DNA of 60,887 bases, filler included. It is 3 parts of 3 records of this genome, joined end to end, with 100 filler letters (N's around TTAATTAATTAA, not from the genome) between each part and the next. Parts side by side here need not be neighbours in the genome. Positions count along the whole stretch, not along the records: positions 1 to 31,747 come from SRR20825019_457; 2 more parts are not named here. One strand, given 5' to 3'. Under the pieces are notes generated by a model that was given only the letters and a program-made list of their open reading frames with translations, searched no databases and was not told where the DNA came from. This document shows positions 1 to 11,575 of this stretch, piece after piece. Each line of letters begins with the position of its first letter. Positions within the stretch are counted from its first letter, which is position 1. The position numbers and the translations under genes were made by a program.

Positions 1-23
1 CCCCCCCCCCCCCCCCCCCCCCC
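1..23. repeat. Poly-C tract at the start of contig 1
   Basis: C23. Matching tracts are G24 at 31724-31747, G24 at 54527-54550 and C20 at 60868-60887. Confidence 0.95.
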
Positions 24-136
24 TCCCGCGTACGGTATGGGCAGACATCCGCGCCGGGCACGGGGCACTTGGCTGTGTTATTGGCGTCATATAGATATTT
101 GGGTTAGCAAGTCAATATGAGCGTGAACTGAAAGCC

Positions 137-1699
137 ATGGCTGAGCGAGACAAGGCCGAGGCGCTTGAGCGCGAAATGCGCGAGCGTGAGTTGCAGCGAG
201 AGAGACGCGCCAGTGAAAGGCGAGCCGCAAGGCTGTCTGTGGCTCAGAGGTCACCGAAAAGATCCATCAGAGAGAGCTTGCTGTCGACGGAGGAGCTGTC
301 TGACGGATGGACCAGCAACCCTACATTCATTGAGCAGCGAGCTGCCAGCCTGTTTGAGTCGAGACGATCATCTAGCGCCAGTCAGCGTGCCCGCTTGTCC
401 GGTCCCAGCGAAGATGTGGAAATGGGAGAGTTCAAACGGAGCCCACAGTCGAGGTTGTCATCGGTTGAGGGGAGCCCCCATTCTGTACGCAAGTCCCCTG
501 AGCCCTCTCCTGTAGCCCGCGCCGGCAGTAGTAGCCCATCTCGTGGCGCAAACGACAGTGCTCCCTCGGTGCAAACTACTATTGTGGTGAAGAATAAGAC
601 GGAATTCCTGAAGTGGTGCCCAAGTCCTTGGGTTGTGCTCTCCATGATATGTGTGTTTATGTGGCTTCTGTGTGGTACAGTTGCATATACACTGCTAAAC
701 CAGTGGCGTTGGGATCAGGGCTTTTACTATGCATGCCAAGCCGGTCTTTCCGTAGGTTTTGGGGCCCTTGCAGAGACCAACAAGTGGAGCATGCTCTATT
801 CAATCTTCCACGTGCTCATTGGTGCGTCCATCGTAGCGGCAGCCCTCGCTTTGTTCGTCGAATTGATGCTTGAGAAGAATGTTAAGTACTTCGACGAGGA
901 GAAGCACTTGGCGAAGATGAGCATGGCTGCAGTCGATAAGGATGGGGACAACCTCTTTGATATTGACGAACTGAAGGCTTTTTACGGAGCTCTGAAGGGC
1001 CACCGCCGTCTCTCTTCAGAGAAAGTGGAGAAAATATTCAAGAAGGCAGACCAGGACAATAGCGGCAAGATTACTTTGGATGAGTTCCATGCGCTCCTAA
1101 ACTCCCACAAGTCTTGTGCACGAAAGGTGTTCGATTTGTACGCAAACAACGCCACGCGCATCAACACCATCATTATCTTCGTTACCTGGCTGACGATAGG
1201 GACATGCTATGGGGTGTTCTGGGAGAAGTGGGACGTTATCAAGTCAATGTACTTCGCGGTGGCTGCTCTCTCCACTGGTGGACTCGTGGCGCCTTCTACG
1301 GACCAATTTTCAATGATCATGGTCGGAACATATGTCATTACAGGAGTGCCCATCTTCGGTATGACCTTGGGTCAGATTGCAGGTGTCATCGTGGACAAAT
1401 ATGCCGCCAGCAAGGCCACGGCTCTGGTGGAGGAGGATGTAACTGAAGCCGAATTCGAGTTTGCCGCGGAGCTTGGAGCCGACGATGGCGATATTGATTG
1501 GCCCGAGTTCCTCCAGATGGAGATATTGAGGCTCGGCTTAACGGACAGGGACATGCTCCAGCGCATCAAGGCAAAGTTTGATAGACTGGATCTGAATAAG
1601 GACGGGAAGTTTTCTAGGATGGAAATGTTGAAGGCTCTTGGCAAGACCAAGTCGTCAGGCATCGATGAGCTCCACAGTCAGGTTACCAGTGGATTCTAA
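137..1699 (+). CDS. Two-pore-domain (4TM/2P, TPK/K2P-like) potassium channel with EF-hands
   Basis: Uninterrupted 520-aa ORF with four hydrophobic segments. Pore loops FYYACQAGLSVGFG and YFAVAALSTGGL. EF-hand loops DKDGDNLFDIDE, DQDNSGKITLDE, DDGDIDWPE and DLNKDGKFSRME. Confidence 0.85.
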   Translation: MAERDKAEALEREMRERELQRERRASERRAARLSVAQRSPKRSIRESLLSTEELSDGWTSNPTFIEQRAASLFESRRSSSASQRARLSGPSEDVEMGEFKRSPQSRLSSVEGSPHSVRKSPEPSPVARAGSSSPSRGANDSAPSVQTTIVVKNKTEFLKWCPSPWVVLSMICVFMWLLCGTVAYTLLNQWRWDQGFYYACQAGLSVGFGALAETNKWSMLYSIFHVLIGASIVAAALALFVELMLEKNVKYFDEEKHLAKMSMAAVDKDGDNLFDIDELKAFYGALKGHRRLSSEKVEKIFKKADQDNSGKITLDEFHALLNSHKSCARKVFDLYANNATRINTIIIFVTWLTIGTCYGVFWEKWDVIKSMYFAVAALSTGGLVAPSTDQFSMIMVGTYVITGVPIFGMTLGQIAGVIVDKYAASKATALVEEDVTEAEFEFAAELGADDGDIDWPEFLQMEILRLGLTDRDMLQRIKAKFDRLDLNKDGKFSRMEMLKALGKTKSSGIDELHSQVTSGF

Positions 1700-1862
1700 A
1701 CATTTAGAGTTGGGTCAAAAGCAGTTTTAAATTGCAATATACAGGTGTACCCCGGCACCAGATATGGCCTCACTCGGCCACCATATAACGACCATATAAC
1801 GAGCCGCTGGAGTGGCGACGTTTCAATGCTAGCATTACATAGGCTGCCGCCCGTCTTGCGAC

Positions 1863-3250
1863 TCACTCGAGGCCGGCGAAGAAATTGTCCCCTGCCGCCT
1901 TAGAAGCTATTCTACCAGCTCGAGCCTTCTCCTTCTCCTTTTCTTTCTTCTTTTCCTCCTTCTGCTGTTTTTTCCTTGCTTTCCTGTCCGCAGGGGCGGC
2001 AGATGGACCCGCCTCGCCATCATCAACCTCCATAGCCCCTTCATCAACCTGCATCTCACCGCCTTCTTCCTCGTCACCCGAATCTTCTTCGTACAAGAAG
2101 CCTACATTCCAGAACTTGACTGCAACGATGGTCTACTTAGAGACTGTAACCAGTGCAAAAGGGAATATACATACTACTGTTATCATGTGAACAACTGCAC
2201 ATGAACTGATTGTCGCGCGAAACAACAATTTTTTCAATCGGATACTCGCCATGTTCTCCTGCAAGAGACTTAAGAATCCATGAGTTTCACTTCCCCGGTT
2301 TCCTACCAATAACACCCAGCAGACTGTTTGGCTGGATCTGAACGACCCTAATGATTCCATCGCTAGATCCAGTTGCAATGACATCCTCATTGATCTTCAG
2401 CATGGTGTCCACGGAGTGTGGGTGCCCAGGGAACCGATCCGTCATATCTCCCCAGTCACCATAAGAGAAAATTGCTAAAACTCCTCCCTGGGTTCCGCAA
2501 ACGACCTTCTTACCACCCTAATACACTTTCAAAACATGTTCAGCCCCAGCCCATGAAAGAATCCCTCACCTTAATGGAAACCATCGACAGGAGTTCGTCT
2601 TCCATGTTGTCGGACATGGCAATCAACTTGCCACTTCGAGGGTTATACACAGATATGGTCCCATCTCCGCTCGTGGCCAGCAGCTCACGGTGCTCCTCAT
2701 CATACATCAGCTGAGAGATGAAGTCTTCATTTTCCTCAATCTTCTGGGCGCAGGTCTTCTGCCTCACGTCCCAAATCTTGATGACGCCATCGTCATCACC
2801 AGTGGCAATGATGTTCTCATCGTGGCACAACAACGCGTTAACGGCAGTGTTGTGTGCGTCGGGGATGCACCACGCCACCTTCCCAGCGGCAAGATCAAAA
2901 GACCGGATGGTTCGGTCCGCTGAAACTGACAAGAGAGCTGCCTGGAAGTTAGGAAAGATCGTAGGGGTCAAGAGCGCTAGGCTTACCAGCACCGTCTCCG
3001 GGACTGAACTCGGTGCAGCGCACAGACTGCTTGTGATACTTCACGTTCACTATCATGTTCGAGGCTTCTTCCGTGTACTCGAACCTATAAAACCGCGTCA
3101 GAACATTGCAACAAGACTTACGAGAAGAACCTACAGCTTCACGCGCCCAGTGATCAAGCCAGCGGCAAGTACGTTCCGGGTTGGGTGGAACGCCAAGTCC
3201 ATACAGTGCTTGTCAAGCACAATACTTTCTGGGGCACTTCCTTCCGCCAT
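1863..3250 (-). CDS. WDR55: WD repeat protein 55 / JIP5 homologue (nucleolar, ribosome biogenesis), 5 short GT-AG introns
   Basis: Hand-spliced product reads MAEGSAPESIVLDKHCMDLAFHPTRNVLAAGLITG...IATGDDDGVIKIWD...LLATSGDGT...GDWGDMTDRFPGHP...SCSHDNSIKFWN, then an acidic/basic tail ending NFFAGLE. This matches the WDR55 pattern. Confidence 0.88.
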
Positions 3251-3957
3251 ATCTTCTTGCTTCGATTTCTCTTCCGTTGAACGGCGGTACTTCTAATATC
3301 ATTTGTCACAGCACACAGAGGCAAGACTCACTGGGCAGCAACCATGACCGGCCGGCTGGTGATCTTCTCACTCAAGACAGGACAGCAGCACCCGGTAGCC
3401 GGCCCCAAGACTCAGGTACTGCCAGTGTGCGGACAGCCCATCTGATTGGGTCGAGGCTGCTTGTCACATCCCAGGGCCTAGGAAAGCAGTGGCCTGACCG
3501 AAACCAAAGATGATTCCGTAAGCCTCCGCTCCATGCGGCTGGCGGTCAGATCATGGGGCTGCCAGGCCAGCCTAGTTACTGGCCACCGATAATATGGAAT
3601 TGTATACATGTGGCAATTGGTCAATCCTCCCTCTGTCGTTGACACGTGTATCTGTAATAGTTGTAACCTCATCCAACGACCGAGGGTGGTGCGCCCTACG
3701 CTCAGTGCGTGCCCACTCCACTGTCGTTCCGGAGCACCAGCGTGATCTGGGACAGGCTTCCGAATCATACTTGGCCCATCCGGGCCCCCGGGCCCCGTCA
3801 CAGCTACTATAGCCGCCCTTCTTCCACCGTGTCAGTCGTCGTCTCATACGATACGCGTCGTGACCGCGCCATGTCCGGCTCCTCAATGTTATGTTCCCCT
3901 CATTCCGGTATCCATACATAAGTGGCAGGTTTACGTGTGCCAATAGATTGCACTCCA

Positions 3958-6338
3958 ATGAAGCGCCTGTGCTTTGTTGTGGTGGTTTTGGCTGCATGTT
4001 GTCTTGTGAGAGCAGCGGGCGAATCTTCACGCTTAGATGAAAGTGTCCGAATGACTCGACTGCTCGGTATGCTAGGCATGTCGTCATCATCGAGGAGCGA
4101 TGTGAAGTTTGGCGCGTGCAAGCCGAACAAACCAGCCGGGAATGGAAGTCCAGCTCGACCTGCAACTCCTGTGCCGCGGGGCCTAGAGGCCAGAATACGC
4201 ACGAGATACAGGACATTCCTTGACGCTGGGCCTGTCGTCATTGGTGCTGACAGCTTCATCCTTGATATGGTGGATGCGTCTATTAAGTACACTAACCACG
4301 GGAAGTCCTCCTCGTTCTGGCTGAACGCCCGAGTGGACGATTCGAGCGTTGTCTTCCCCGAGAAAGTTCCACAGAGGTGTAGTGAGGGCAACTACGCGCA
4401 AGTGATGCTGAGGGTCGAGGATGCCATTATAGTTTTCAAGGAAAAAGCCAGCGCTTTCGACCCTGTTCGCGGCATCATAGGCGATGAGATTAAGGTTGAG
4501 AATATGGCCCTTGAAGTCAGTGTTGCGGCCACCGCGTTTGGAACATATGATGAGTTCAATTCTATGAAAGTGGGGGGGCCCGTGTTTGACTTCCTAGATA
4601 AGCCCCTCACAGATCCCACAAATGGCTTCCACTTTTGCTTGGGTGAGCTCAAGATCTCTTCGTTGAAGAGTTCAAGCTCTATGGCAGAGCAGTTGCCCGC
4701 ATTTCTCTCTTGGTTCAGGTACGTAATAATGCAGTAGTGCCGACGCGTTTGTTAATGGTGATCACCAGACCAACTATTGAATCTCAAATTGGCAACGAGC
4801 TGAAGTGTGCTCTGCGGTATGGCCAGCCCGACATTGTACGAATTATTCATGAAGCCGAACACCCCTCGGAATACCAGCTTGGATTCGAAGCGCACACCCG
4901 GGGCGGAGTGTTTGTACGCGAGGAGGAGGATCTATCTATAGACCTCAGAGGAACAGTTCAGGTATTTACATCGTTATTATAGAACAATTGTTGTTTCTGA
5001 TATGGGAAACCTGCGTTCAGGTGGATCTCCCTACAAGTCCGTTATTCAGTACATTGGCTAGAAATGCAAAGTCTGTGCTTGAAACTTTGAAGGAGACTAA
5101 CACCGCCGAGTCCACGAGGGATATTGCACGCATCGAAGAGAGGATCCGAGATGGGGAAACCTTGAGGCAGGATGAATACGGTTCATTCATTAGGGCAGCT
5201 GCAAACAACATCATGTTTGCAAATGGAATGGATGTAGCATCAATGGAGGCGATTGTTGACTATGTGGTGGAGAGGTTCATTGATGGGAAGAGCGACTTCA
5301 CTCTATCATTGAAGAAGGTGGATTTGAAACTGCAAAATTCTGTTGTGGGCTCGGCCGGCCCTGGCGCTGACTTCAGCGCTGGGGAGGCCTTGATCAATTT
5401 TGAGGGTGGCGAGGGATATATTCCTGTGACGTTGATGATGGCAAAGTTTGCGGAAATACGTGATCGTGAACGGCTCACCCGCGCTTGCGAGGTGTATTTA
5501 AGTCGTTATCAGTCAATGGTGGAAGAGAAATACAATGAATTGATGCAAGAATGTCTTCAGTTCGAATTGGGCGATGAGCCACTTCATCTGGATGAAGTCA
5601 AGCAAGAATTGGCCAAGGAGAAGTACAAGATGTCAGGGGATATATTGGCGAGAATAAGAAATTGGAGTCTCTCGGGGAGACTAGACGGCGACTTCTGGGA
5701 CGCTACCGCAAAAGCTATGTGCGATCCGGAAGACAATGGGTGTAGAGAGGTATGAAGCTTTCACTTTGACAGAAATATTGCCGCTGAAGATTCACTCGCA
5801 GAATATTGTTGTGCTCGACGATTTCTTGAGCAGCAATGATCTGGGATTGCGTCTCTCCAGTGGTGACACAAGTGGCAAAGACGGGGCAAAGGGTGTTCAT
5901 GCGAGCAAAAACATTATATCTGCGCACTTAGGACTGGACTTCTTTGGTTCGATACGTAAGTTTGGTGCTACAGAATTGGAAATCACATATTCAATACCTT
6001 TAACAGCTCTGCCTACATTATTGGCAATGGGATCGAATTGGCCGAGGTTCCTTCTAGATCATTTGAGCAGCATTCACTCTAAGAGGCGTGTAGCACGACG
6101 AGTGCAGGCATTGGTGAATTCAAAACTGGAGGGAATGGTGCCCGCGGCGGTGCGAAATATCATGTTGCATCGGTCCGCCTCTTTCGAGACTGCAATCTCA
6201 GACGACGAGCTCACCACACCTTCACCCCTTGAGGTCGGGGATGGTGACTTGGATACGAGCGAGACTAACTCCCCGCATTCGTTATACGATGATACTGGTG
6301 AGTTTGGCACGCACAGAACAGTGGTGTATGAAGAATAA
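3958..6338 (+). CDS. Hypothetical protein with N-terminal signal peptide, 3 introns (about 4719-4768, 4962-5020, 5750-5801)
   Basis: ORFs 3922-4737, 4710-4982, 4988-5755 and 5736-6338 join through GT-AG introns. The start MKRLCFVVVVLAACCLVRA looks like a signal peptide. No family recognised. Confidence 0.7.
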
Positions 6339-6555
6339 AATCTTTGTAATCGCGTCATGACTTTACAGTGTTTTCGTTAGTTTATGTGTTAATTAATAAA
6401 TAAATTGGTTAGTTCATCGCCGTAAGTCTATGAGAAATATGAAAGGGCGTCCAACGCCGTTCCAATCTCTCAGAGTTTGAACCATTAGTTATTATACATG
6501 ACTTGCTCCAAGACGATCGAATCGTTCACCCGGAGCCGGGGTTCAACTCCAACAC

Positions 6556-7826
6556 TTAGAAGTAGCTGGCAACCTTGGTCACCTCTGGGAGCTTGGCTGT
6601 AGCCATGAACTTGGAGCTGCTGTACTTCTTGCGGACACCGTGAGCAGACTCCTTGTCCACATTCTTGATGTGTGCAGCAAGGTCCTTGACGCATGGCATG
6701 ATGTCGTTCTCGGTCAGACGGGTGATGCGCTGGAGGGTAGGGGTCCAAGGGGTGCGGCCAGAGACCTTCAGGCCAATGTATGTGGCGGCAGCGGCAATGT
6801 GGGATCCCTTGTAGCGGAGCATGTTGTAGTGCTGGTATGTAATCTCGACGAAGTAAGAGATCAAGAAGGAGAGCTTCTTGTCAGCCTGTGCGGCCTTGAG
6901 CACACGAGGAAGGAATGTAAGTGCGTTGGGGTGGGACAGATCGTAACCAAGGGTAGAGAGGATGACGCGCTCCATCTTCAGGAACTCAGCACGCTGGTAG
7001 GTGCGATCGGACACGTACTCGTAGTCACGGACCTCGGGAGCAAAAATCTCTTCGTACTTTGCGGCAATCAGCATGGCAGTGCAGCCAATAAGCTGGAGCC
7101 TGTTGCGCATGACAGCCTTGGAGGCAAGGAAACGATCAAGGATGTTGACTGTCAGGGACATGGTCTCAGGGGCGAGCTTGAACTTGAGGTGAACCTCAAT
7201 GAGCCAGTCAATGAGCACAGTCCTCATCTTAGCGTTAATGTCGACCTGGGTCTTCTCCATGTAGCCTTCAAGGGAAGGCATGTTGTTCTCACGGTCAAGA
7301 AGAAGGCGGTAGATATCGTTGACGTAGTCAGTGACCATCTGAGGGTTGTTGCGGTCGACAGCATCAATGTCATCAATGATAAGGTCATCGAGAGACATGT
7401 CAGCTGCGCTCATATCGGAGAAGGTCCTGAAACGGAAGCTGTCCTTGGCAATGCCGGAGCGCTCAGTAGGGCATGGGGCGTTGCGTGAAGTCATGCCGGG
7501 CTGGATGTCACGGGCAGACTCGGGCATCTGGGTGGTGAGATTATCACCGAAGCCACGGACCTTGTTCATGTCGAGCTTGGGGGCATTCTTGGTGGTCTGA
7601 TGAATAACTGTAAGACAAGAGATTGACCTCGCACAGTCACACACTCTACCTTCTTGGTCTGTTCGCGGGCAGTCAAGGCATTGTTGGTGTTGTTAGTGAT
7701 GTCGCCAAGAGTGGTGCGCTTGAGACCGATGATGGGCTTGATGGTCTCGAACGCCTTGCTAGCGCCAGAGGCGAAGCGGTTCTCGTTGTTGGCGAGCTGC
7801 TGGGAAGTCTGAACCTTGAAGGACAT
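6556..7826 (-). CDS. CYCB: Mitotic (B-type) cyclin, one intron 7597-7649
   Basis: Destruction box RTTLGDITN in exon 1. Cyclin box MRTVLIDWLIEVH...LQLIGCTAMLIAAKYEEIFAPEV, and a C-terminal VRKKYSS. Confidence 0.93.
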
Positions 7827-9180
7827 GTTTTCTTGATCGTTAAAAGTGTTGTTGGCTTGCGTGCTGGTCTCCAGTTTGAATTCTCTTAAATGCTAGTAAA
7901 TATATTTCAGTATTGTGATATCGAGTGAAATCACGCAAACGTCTCACCTGTTCGAACGAACAAGAACAGTAATACCGATATTCCTGAAAATAAAGGGAAG
8001 AGTTAATATGTTAACTGTGGGCGCTAGTGTTGTATATAAGCACGGCCGCGGAGGGAAGAGGAGGAGGGCAAGGAGGGGTGGTGGGGGCACTGCTACTGAA
8101 TTAGGTGACAGGACTAGAGTTCTAGGGTGAGGAGGGGACTGTCATGGCACCAAGGGTACACCACGAGAGTGTCCCGACGTCACAGCTCTGGTACATAGCT
8201 AACGTGTGTCGCCTTATCTGGTGGGAAGTACCTGAACCGTACCCAACGGTACTTGCCCCCAGGCCGTTGGAAGCGATAGGCATGGCACTGGGGCATGCTG
8301 GCCCCGACAGCCGGGTCACCACCAACCTAGTAGGAGCCTAACGACCGCGTGGCCCCAGGCCTCTCACAGTGCACTCACTGTTGATACTGATCATCGACTC
8401 GCGCCAGTGTCGATGATAGGCCTCGAGACCACTGACGCTGCGCCGCCGGGGGCGCCGACCACCGAGGACTTGATGAGGGACCGTCCTCACGTGTCGCCAA
8501 CGACGACGATCGTGAGTACCCCCCGGCACATCAATATTAACGTTAAGCCCCGCTGCGACCCGGATAGCACAGTGTGATTCCAACCCAGCCTGATCGGATA
8601 AGGTTGTTACCCTCCCTAAGCAAAAATCAGTCGTCGTCTGGCTGATATTTTCATTCTATCCTGATTTGATCGACCTCGAAACCATTATTAGGGCGTGCAA
8701 CGGTTGCGCCTGACCGGCGGCCCGGGGGCGCTCAGCCCGGCCCCGCGCCTACAGTGCGCATCAGTGGGGGCAGGCTTGCTCACGACCGGCCCCGGCCCTC
8801 GGCCCGGCCCAGGCCTTGGCCGGCAGCCGGGGCCGCAGAGGTCTCAGTGGGCCCACTGGTCCCCACGCCCCCACCCTCAAGTTCGCCGAAGCACGTAGCA
8901 ACGACCACTAACGACCGAGGTCGTGCGTGAAACACATGAACCTGGACAGCTGGTCTGGGGTAAGCCGGTTCTTGCTGACACAATAACCGGAGGAGACGGT
9001 CTTTTGGCCACAGGACCGATACACCAAAACCCGCACCAGTCGTGCCACAGTAGATTTCAGCACTTCGCAGTTTCAGTGCAGGGGCCAATCAGTTTGTGGT
9101 TACTAGACCGATAGGCACGCTTCTTTTGCATATAACCGGTAGAAATCACGCTACGTGATATTTATTGGCAAGACTTAAAC
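7827..9180. promoter_or_regulatory. Divergent promoter spacer (cyclin B / HEAT gene)
   Basis: Lies between head-to-head ATGs. GGCC/CCGG-rich patch at about 8700-8870, many CAGTG/CACTG sites, TATAA at 9131. Confidence 0.65.
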
Positions 9181-11391
9181 ATGGGACGGGGAGGTTTGGG
9201 CCCTATCGGTGAGGATATCGAACTATATTTTGCAGACGGTATAGAAGCAGAAGAAGTGGCCAACGGTGGAGAAGGTGGAGGCTTCGAGCCGGGGTCGTAC
9301 GATGCATATGGAGGGGGCGATGTATATGGAGGGTACGGCGGCGGAAGCTACGGCGGCGGCGGCTACGGCGGAGGATACAGTGGCGGGGGAGCGACGTCTG
9401 CAAGCAAGGCGTCTGGTGGGATGGCCGAGAGTCAAGGCTCAAAGGCTGTAAGCTTTTCGGTTTCGACGGTGCCAAAGATAGAAGAGTTCAACGCAGAGGA
9501 GTTTGCGCGGCGTGCTTATGCCGACTCGGACTTTATGGCTGTGGGCAAGGCGGCAACACGAATTTGCGTGCGGTGCTACGAAGAATTCGCACCTTCAGAG
9601 AACGACAATGACGCATGTGTGTTCCACGAAGGTATACTTGCCCCCGACACCAATCCTGAGACCGGCCCAGGCTCCCTTTTGTGGGATTGTTGTGGTGTGG
9701 AGGAGGATCAACCCGGATGTGCGAAAGGGCGTCACACCTGGGTGGTGCGCGGTCCCGGTCAGGACTTTGACACCAAATTTGACCTGCTGCTGGATGAGGA
9801 CGAAAACACTCGGCTGTCTGCCCTGTCAGAGCTGATGGTGGTGGCCACAGAGCAAAAAGGATTTCTGGTTTCCGACATGGGCGAGTCGTACCGCCAGGCG
9901 ATAGCCGCAACGCTGCTTTACGAGCAGAGCGTTCAGCTCCGCTTGGAGGCGATGAATTGGCTCCGCAGCCTCGAATTGTCCGATAAGGAGATCCTACAGC
10001 TTCTAGTTACCGGAACCCATAGTACTGGCAAAGGGGACAAAGGCCGGGCGGCTATGAGAGCACTTGATGCCTTGAAGTTGATTCCGAAAACGGTGGACAC
10101 ACTGATGCTTACTAGTACAGGAGTCCCGCAGACAGCTACAATGGGCGCATACATCCTGCTTAACGATTTTGCAGTCAAGAATGACTCCAAATTCGCGAAG
10201 CTTCTTACGCACGAGGACTTCCTTGTTCGAGCACTCGCTGCAGAGGTGATGGGAAAGATCGGCCCTCGCATGCAGAAGCATGGGTCCGCTCTCGTCGCCA
10301 TGCTCAAAGACAAGCACAGCCACGTACAAAAGGTGGCTTCGTACGCAGTGCTGCACATCGGCGGATCTGTTGAGGCGGAGTTGATGAAGTTGGCCGACAG
10401 CACCGACACCGAAATCGTCTGGCTAGCGGTTGACACCTTGAGGATGCTGGACGAGGCGGAAGGTGCGAAACTTGTGGACAAACAGAGGATGATGCAGAAC
10501 ATCAACCCCGCCATTCGAAGCTCATACGCCAAGGAGTTCACTCAGCTGGCCGTCCGCGAGCAGAACCACAACAGGCTGTATGTGCGGCTACGTGACTACC
10601 CTGATCACAATGTGAGATGGGTGGCTGATGATTCTACCCATCAGCTCCGTGAGAGGATGCCCGACCAGGCTGAACTTGTAGCGACCCTACTTATCGATGA
10701 CGACAAGCAGGTCTTGTTGGACACCTTGGGATGCCTGGCAGCGTTTGAAAACTTTGCACGGCCACACGTCACGGAAATATCCCGTAAGCTGACGGATACT
10801 GACTGGAGAGTTCGGAAGGCTGCATTGGATACTATGAGAAGGTTCACTAAGGACCTAGTTAAGCTCGTAGATAGGATCACCCCCCTTGTAGCCGACAAGA
10901 ATCGCGAGGTTCGTGTTGCTGCGGTGGGATTGCTCAAATCTGTTGCTGAGCACACTGACAAGTTTGGCGACGACATGGTCATGCTCATTGAAGCGAACAG
11001 CTCGGTGGATGTCACTGTAGCCGCCATCGACGTCATCGCTGCTATGGGAGAGAAAGCAGATCGCTACTCTCCTGTGGTTGGGCAGATGTTGTCATCGGTG
11101 CAACCGTCTATCCGTCACTCTGCCGCCAAGTGTCTCGGCCAACTTGGTGACCGTGCCCAGCTGTGGTCTCAAACATTGGCGGAGATGACTCAAGATACGG
11201 ATCCGTATGTCCGGTGGGCGGCCGCCGAGTCCCTTGACAAAATGATTGAACGAGTCCACGAAGAGCGTCCTGATATAGCCGCAACAATCCTAGAGCATAG
11301 AAACTGGTACCGCACGCTACCTGCCGATAGTGCCCCGGGGAGCGCCATGAGCAGCCTCGCACCGTCGAGACAAATTACTACTGAAGGGTGA
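9181..11391 (+). CDS. HEAT-repeat protein with N-terminal Gly/Tyr-rich tract and CHORD-like Cys/His zinc-binding module
   Basis: 736-aa ORF. Contains CVRC...EN...ACVFHEG...WDCCG...PGCAKGRH and repeated HEAT units (DFLVRALAAEVMG, DWRVRKAALDTM, NREVRVAAVGLL, DPYVRWAAAESL). Confidence 0.8.
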   Translation: MGRGGLGPIGEDIELYFADGIEAEEVANGGEGGGFEPGSYDAYGGGDVYGGYGGGSYGGGGYGGGYSGGGATSASKASGGMAESQGSKAVSFSVSTVPKIEEFNAEEFARRAYADSDFMAVGKAATRICVRCYEEFAPSENDNDACVFHEGILAPDTNPETGPGSLLWDCCGVEEDQPGCAKGRHTWVVRGPGQDFDTKFDLLLDEDENTRLSALSELMVVATEQKGFLVSDMGESYRQAIAATLLYEQSVQLRLEAMNWLRSLELSDKEILQLLVTGTHSTGKGDKGRAAMRALDALKLIPKTVDTLMLTSTGVPQTATMGAYILLNDFAVKNDSKFAKLLTHEDFLVRALAAEVMGKIGPRMQKHGSALVAMLKDKHSHVQKVASYAVLHIGGSVEAELMKLADSTDTEIVWLAVDTLRMLDEAEGAKLVDKQRMMQNINPAIRSSYAKEFTQLAVREQNHNRLYVRLRDYPDHNVRWVADDSTHQLRERMPDQAELVATLLIDDDKQVLLDTLGCLAAFENFARPHVTEISRKLTDTDWRVRKAALDTMRRFTKDLVKLVDRITPLVADKNREVRVAAVGLLKSVAEHTDKFGDDMVMLIEANSSVDVTVAAIDVIAAMGEKADRYSPVVGQMLSSVQPSIRHSAAKCLGQLGDRAQLWSQTLAEMTQDTDPYVRWAAAESLDKMIERVHEERPDIAATILEHRNWYRTLPADSAPGSAMSSLAPSRQITTEG

Positions 11392-11575
11392 GAACAGTGC
11401 GGAGAGCATAACAGCCAAGGCAGCACCGGAGCGTCACCGCACGCCAATCTCGAACCTGGAGATTTGGATTAAACCGTTCAAACCTCAACCCTGAATATTT
11501 GCAATGTAATGTATAGTATATGGTGGACCAAACGCCCCAGTCCATTAGTGGCGCTGTGGATGCGTCACTACCACC

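Noticed and set aside
1780-1801. 11-bp tandem duplication ACCATATAACG x2 in a convergent 3' spacer
   Set aside because: Only two copies, with no terminal repeats or transposase nearby. Most likely a simple slippage duplication.
4719-5801. Introner-type repeated introns
   Set aside because: Introns are similar in length but share no sequence beyond splice signals in those compared by eye.
6640-7488. 282-aa plus-strand ORF antisense to cyclin B
   Set aside because: A shadow ORF from strong codon bias with no recognisable motifs. The same applies to 40564-41448, 41902-42534 and 53201-53728.
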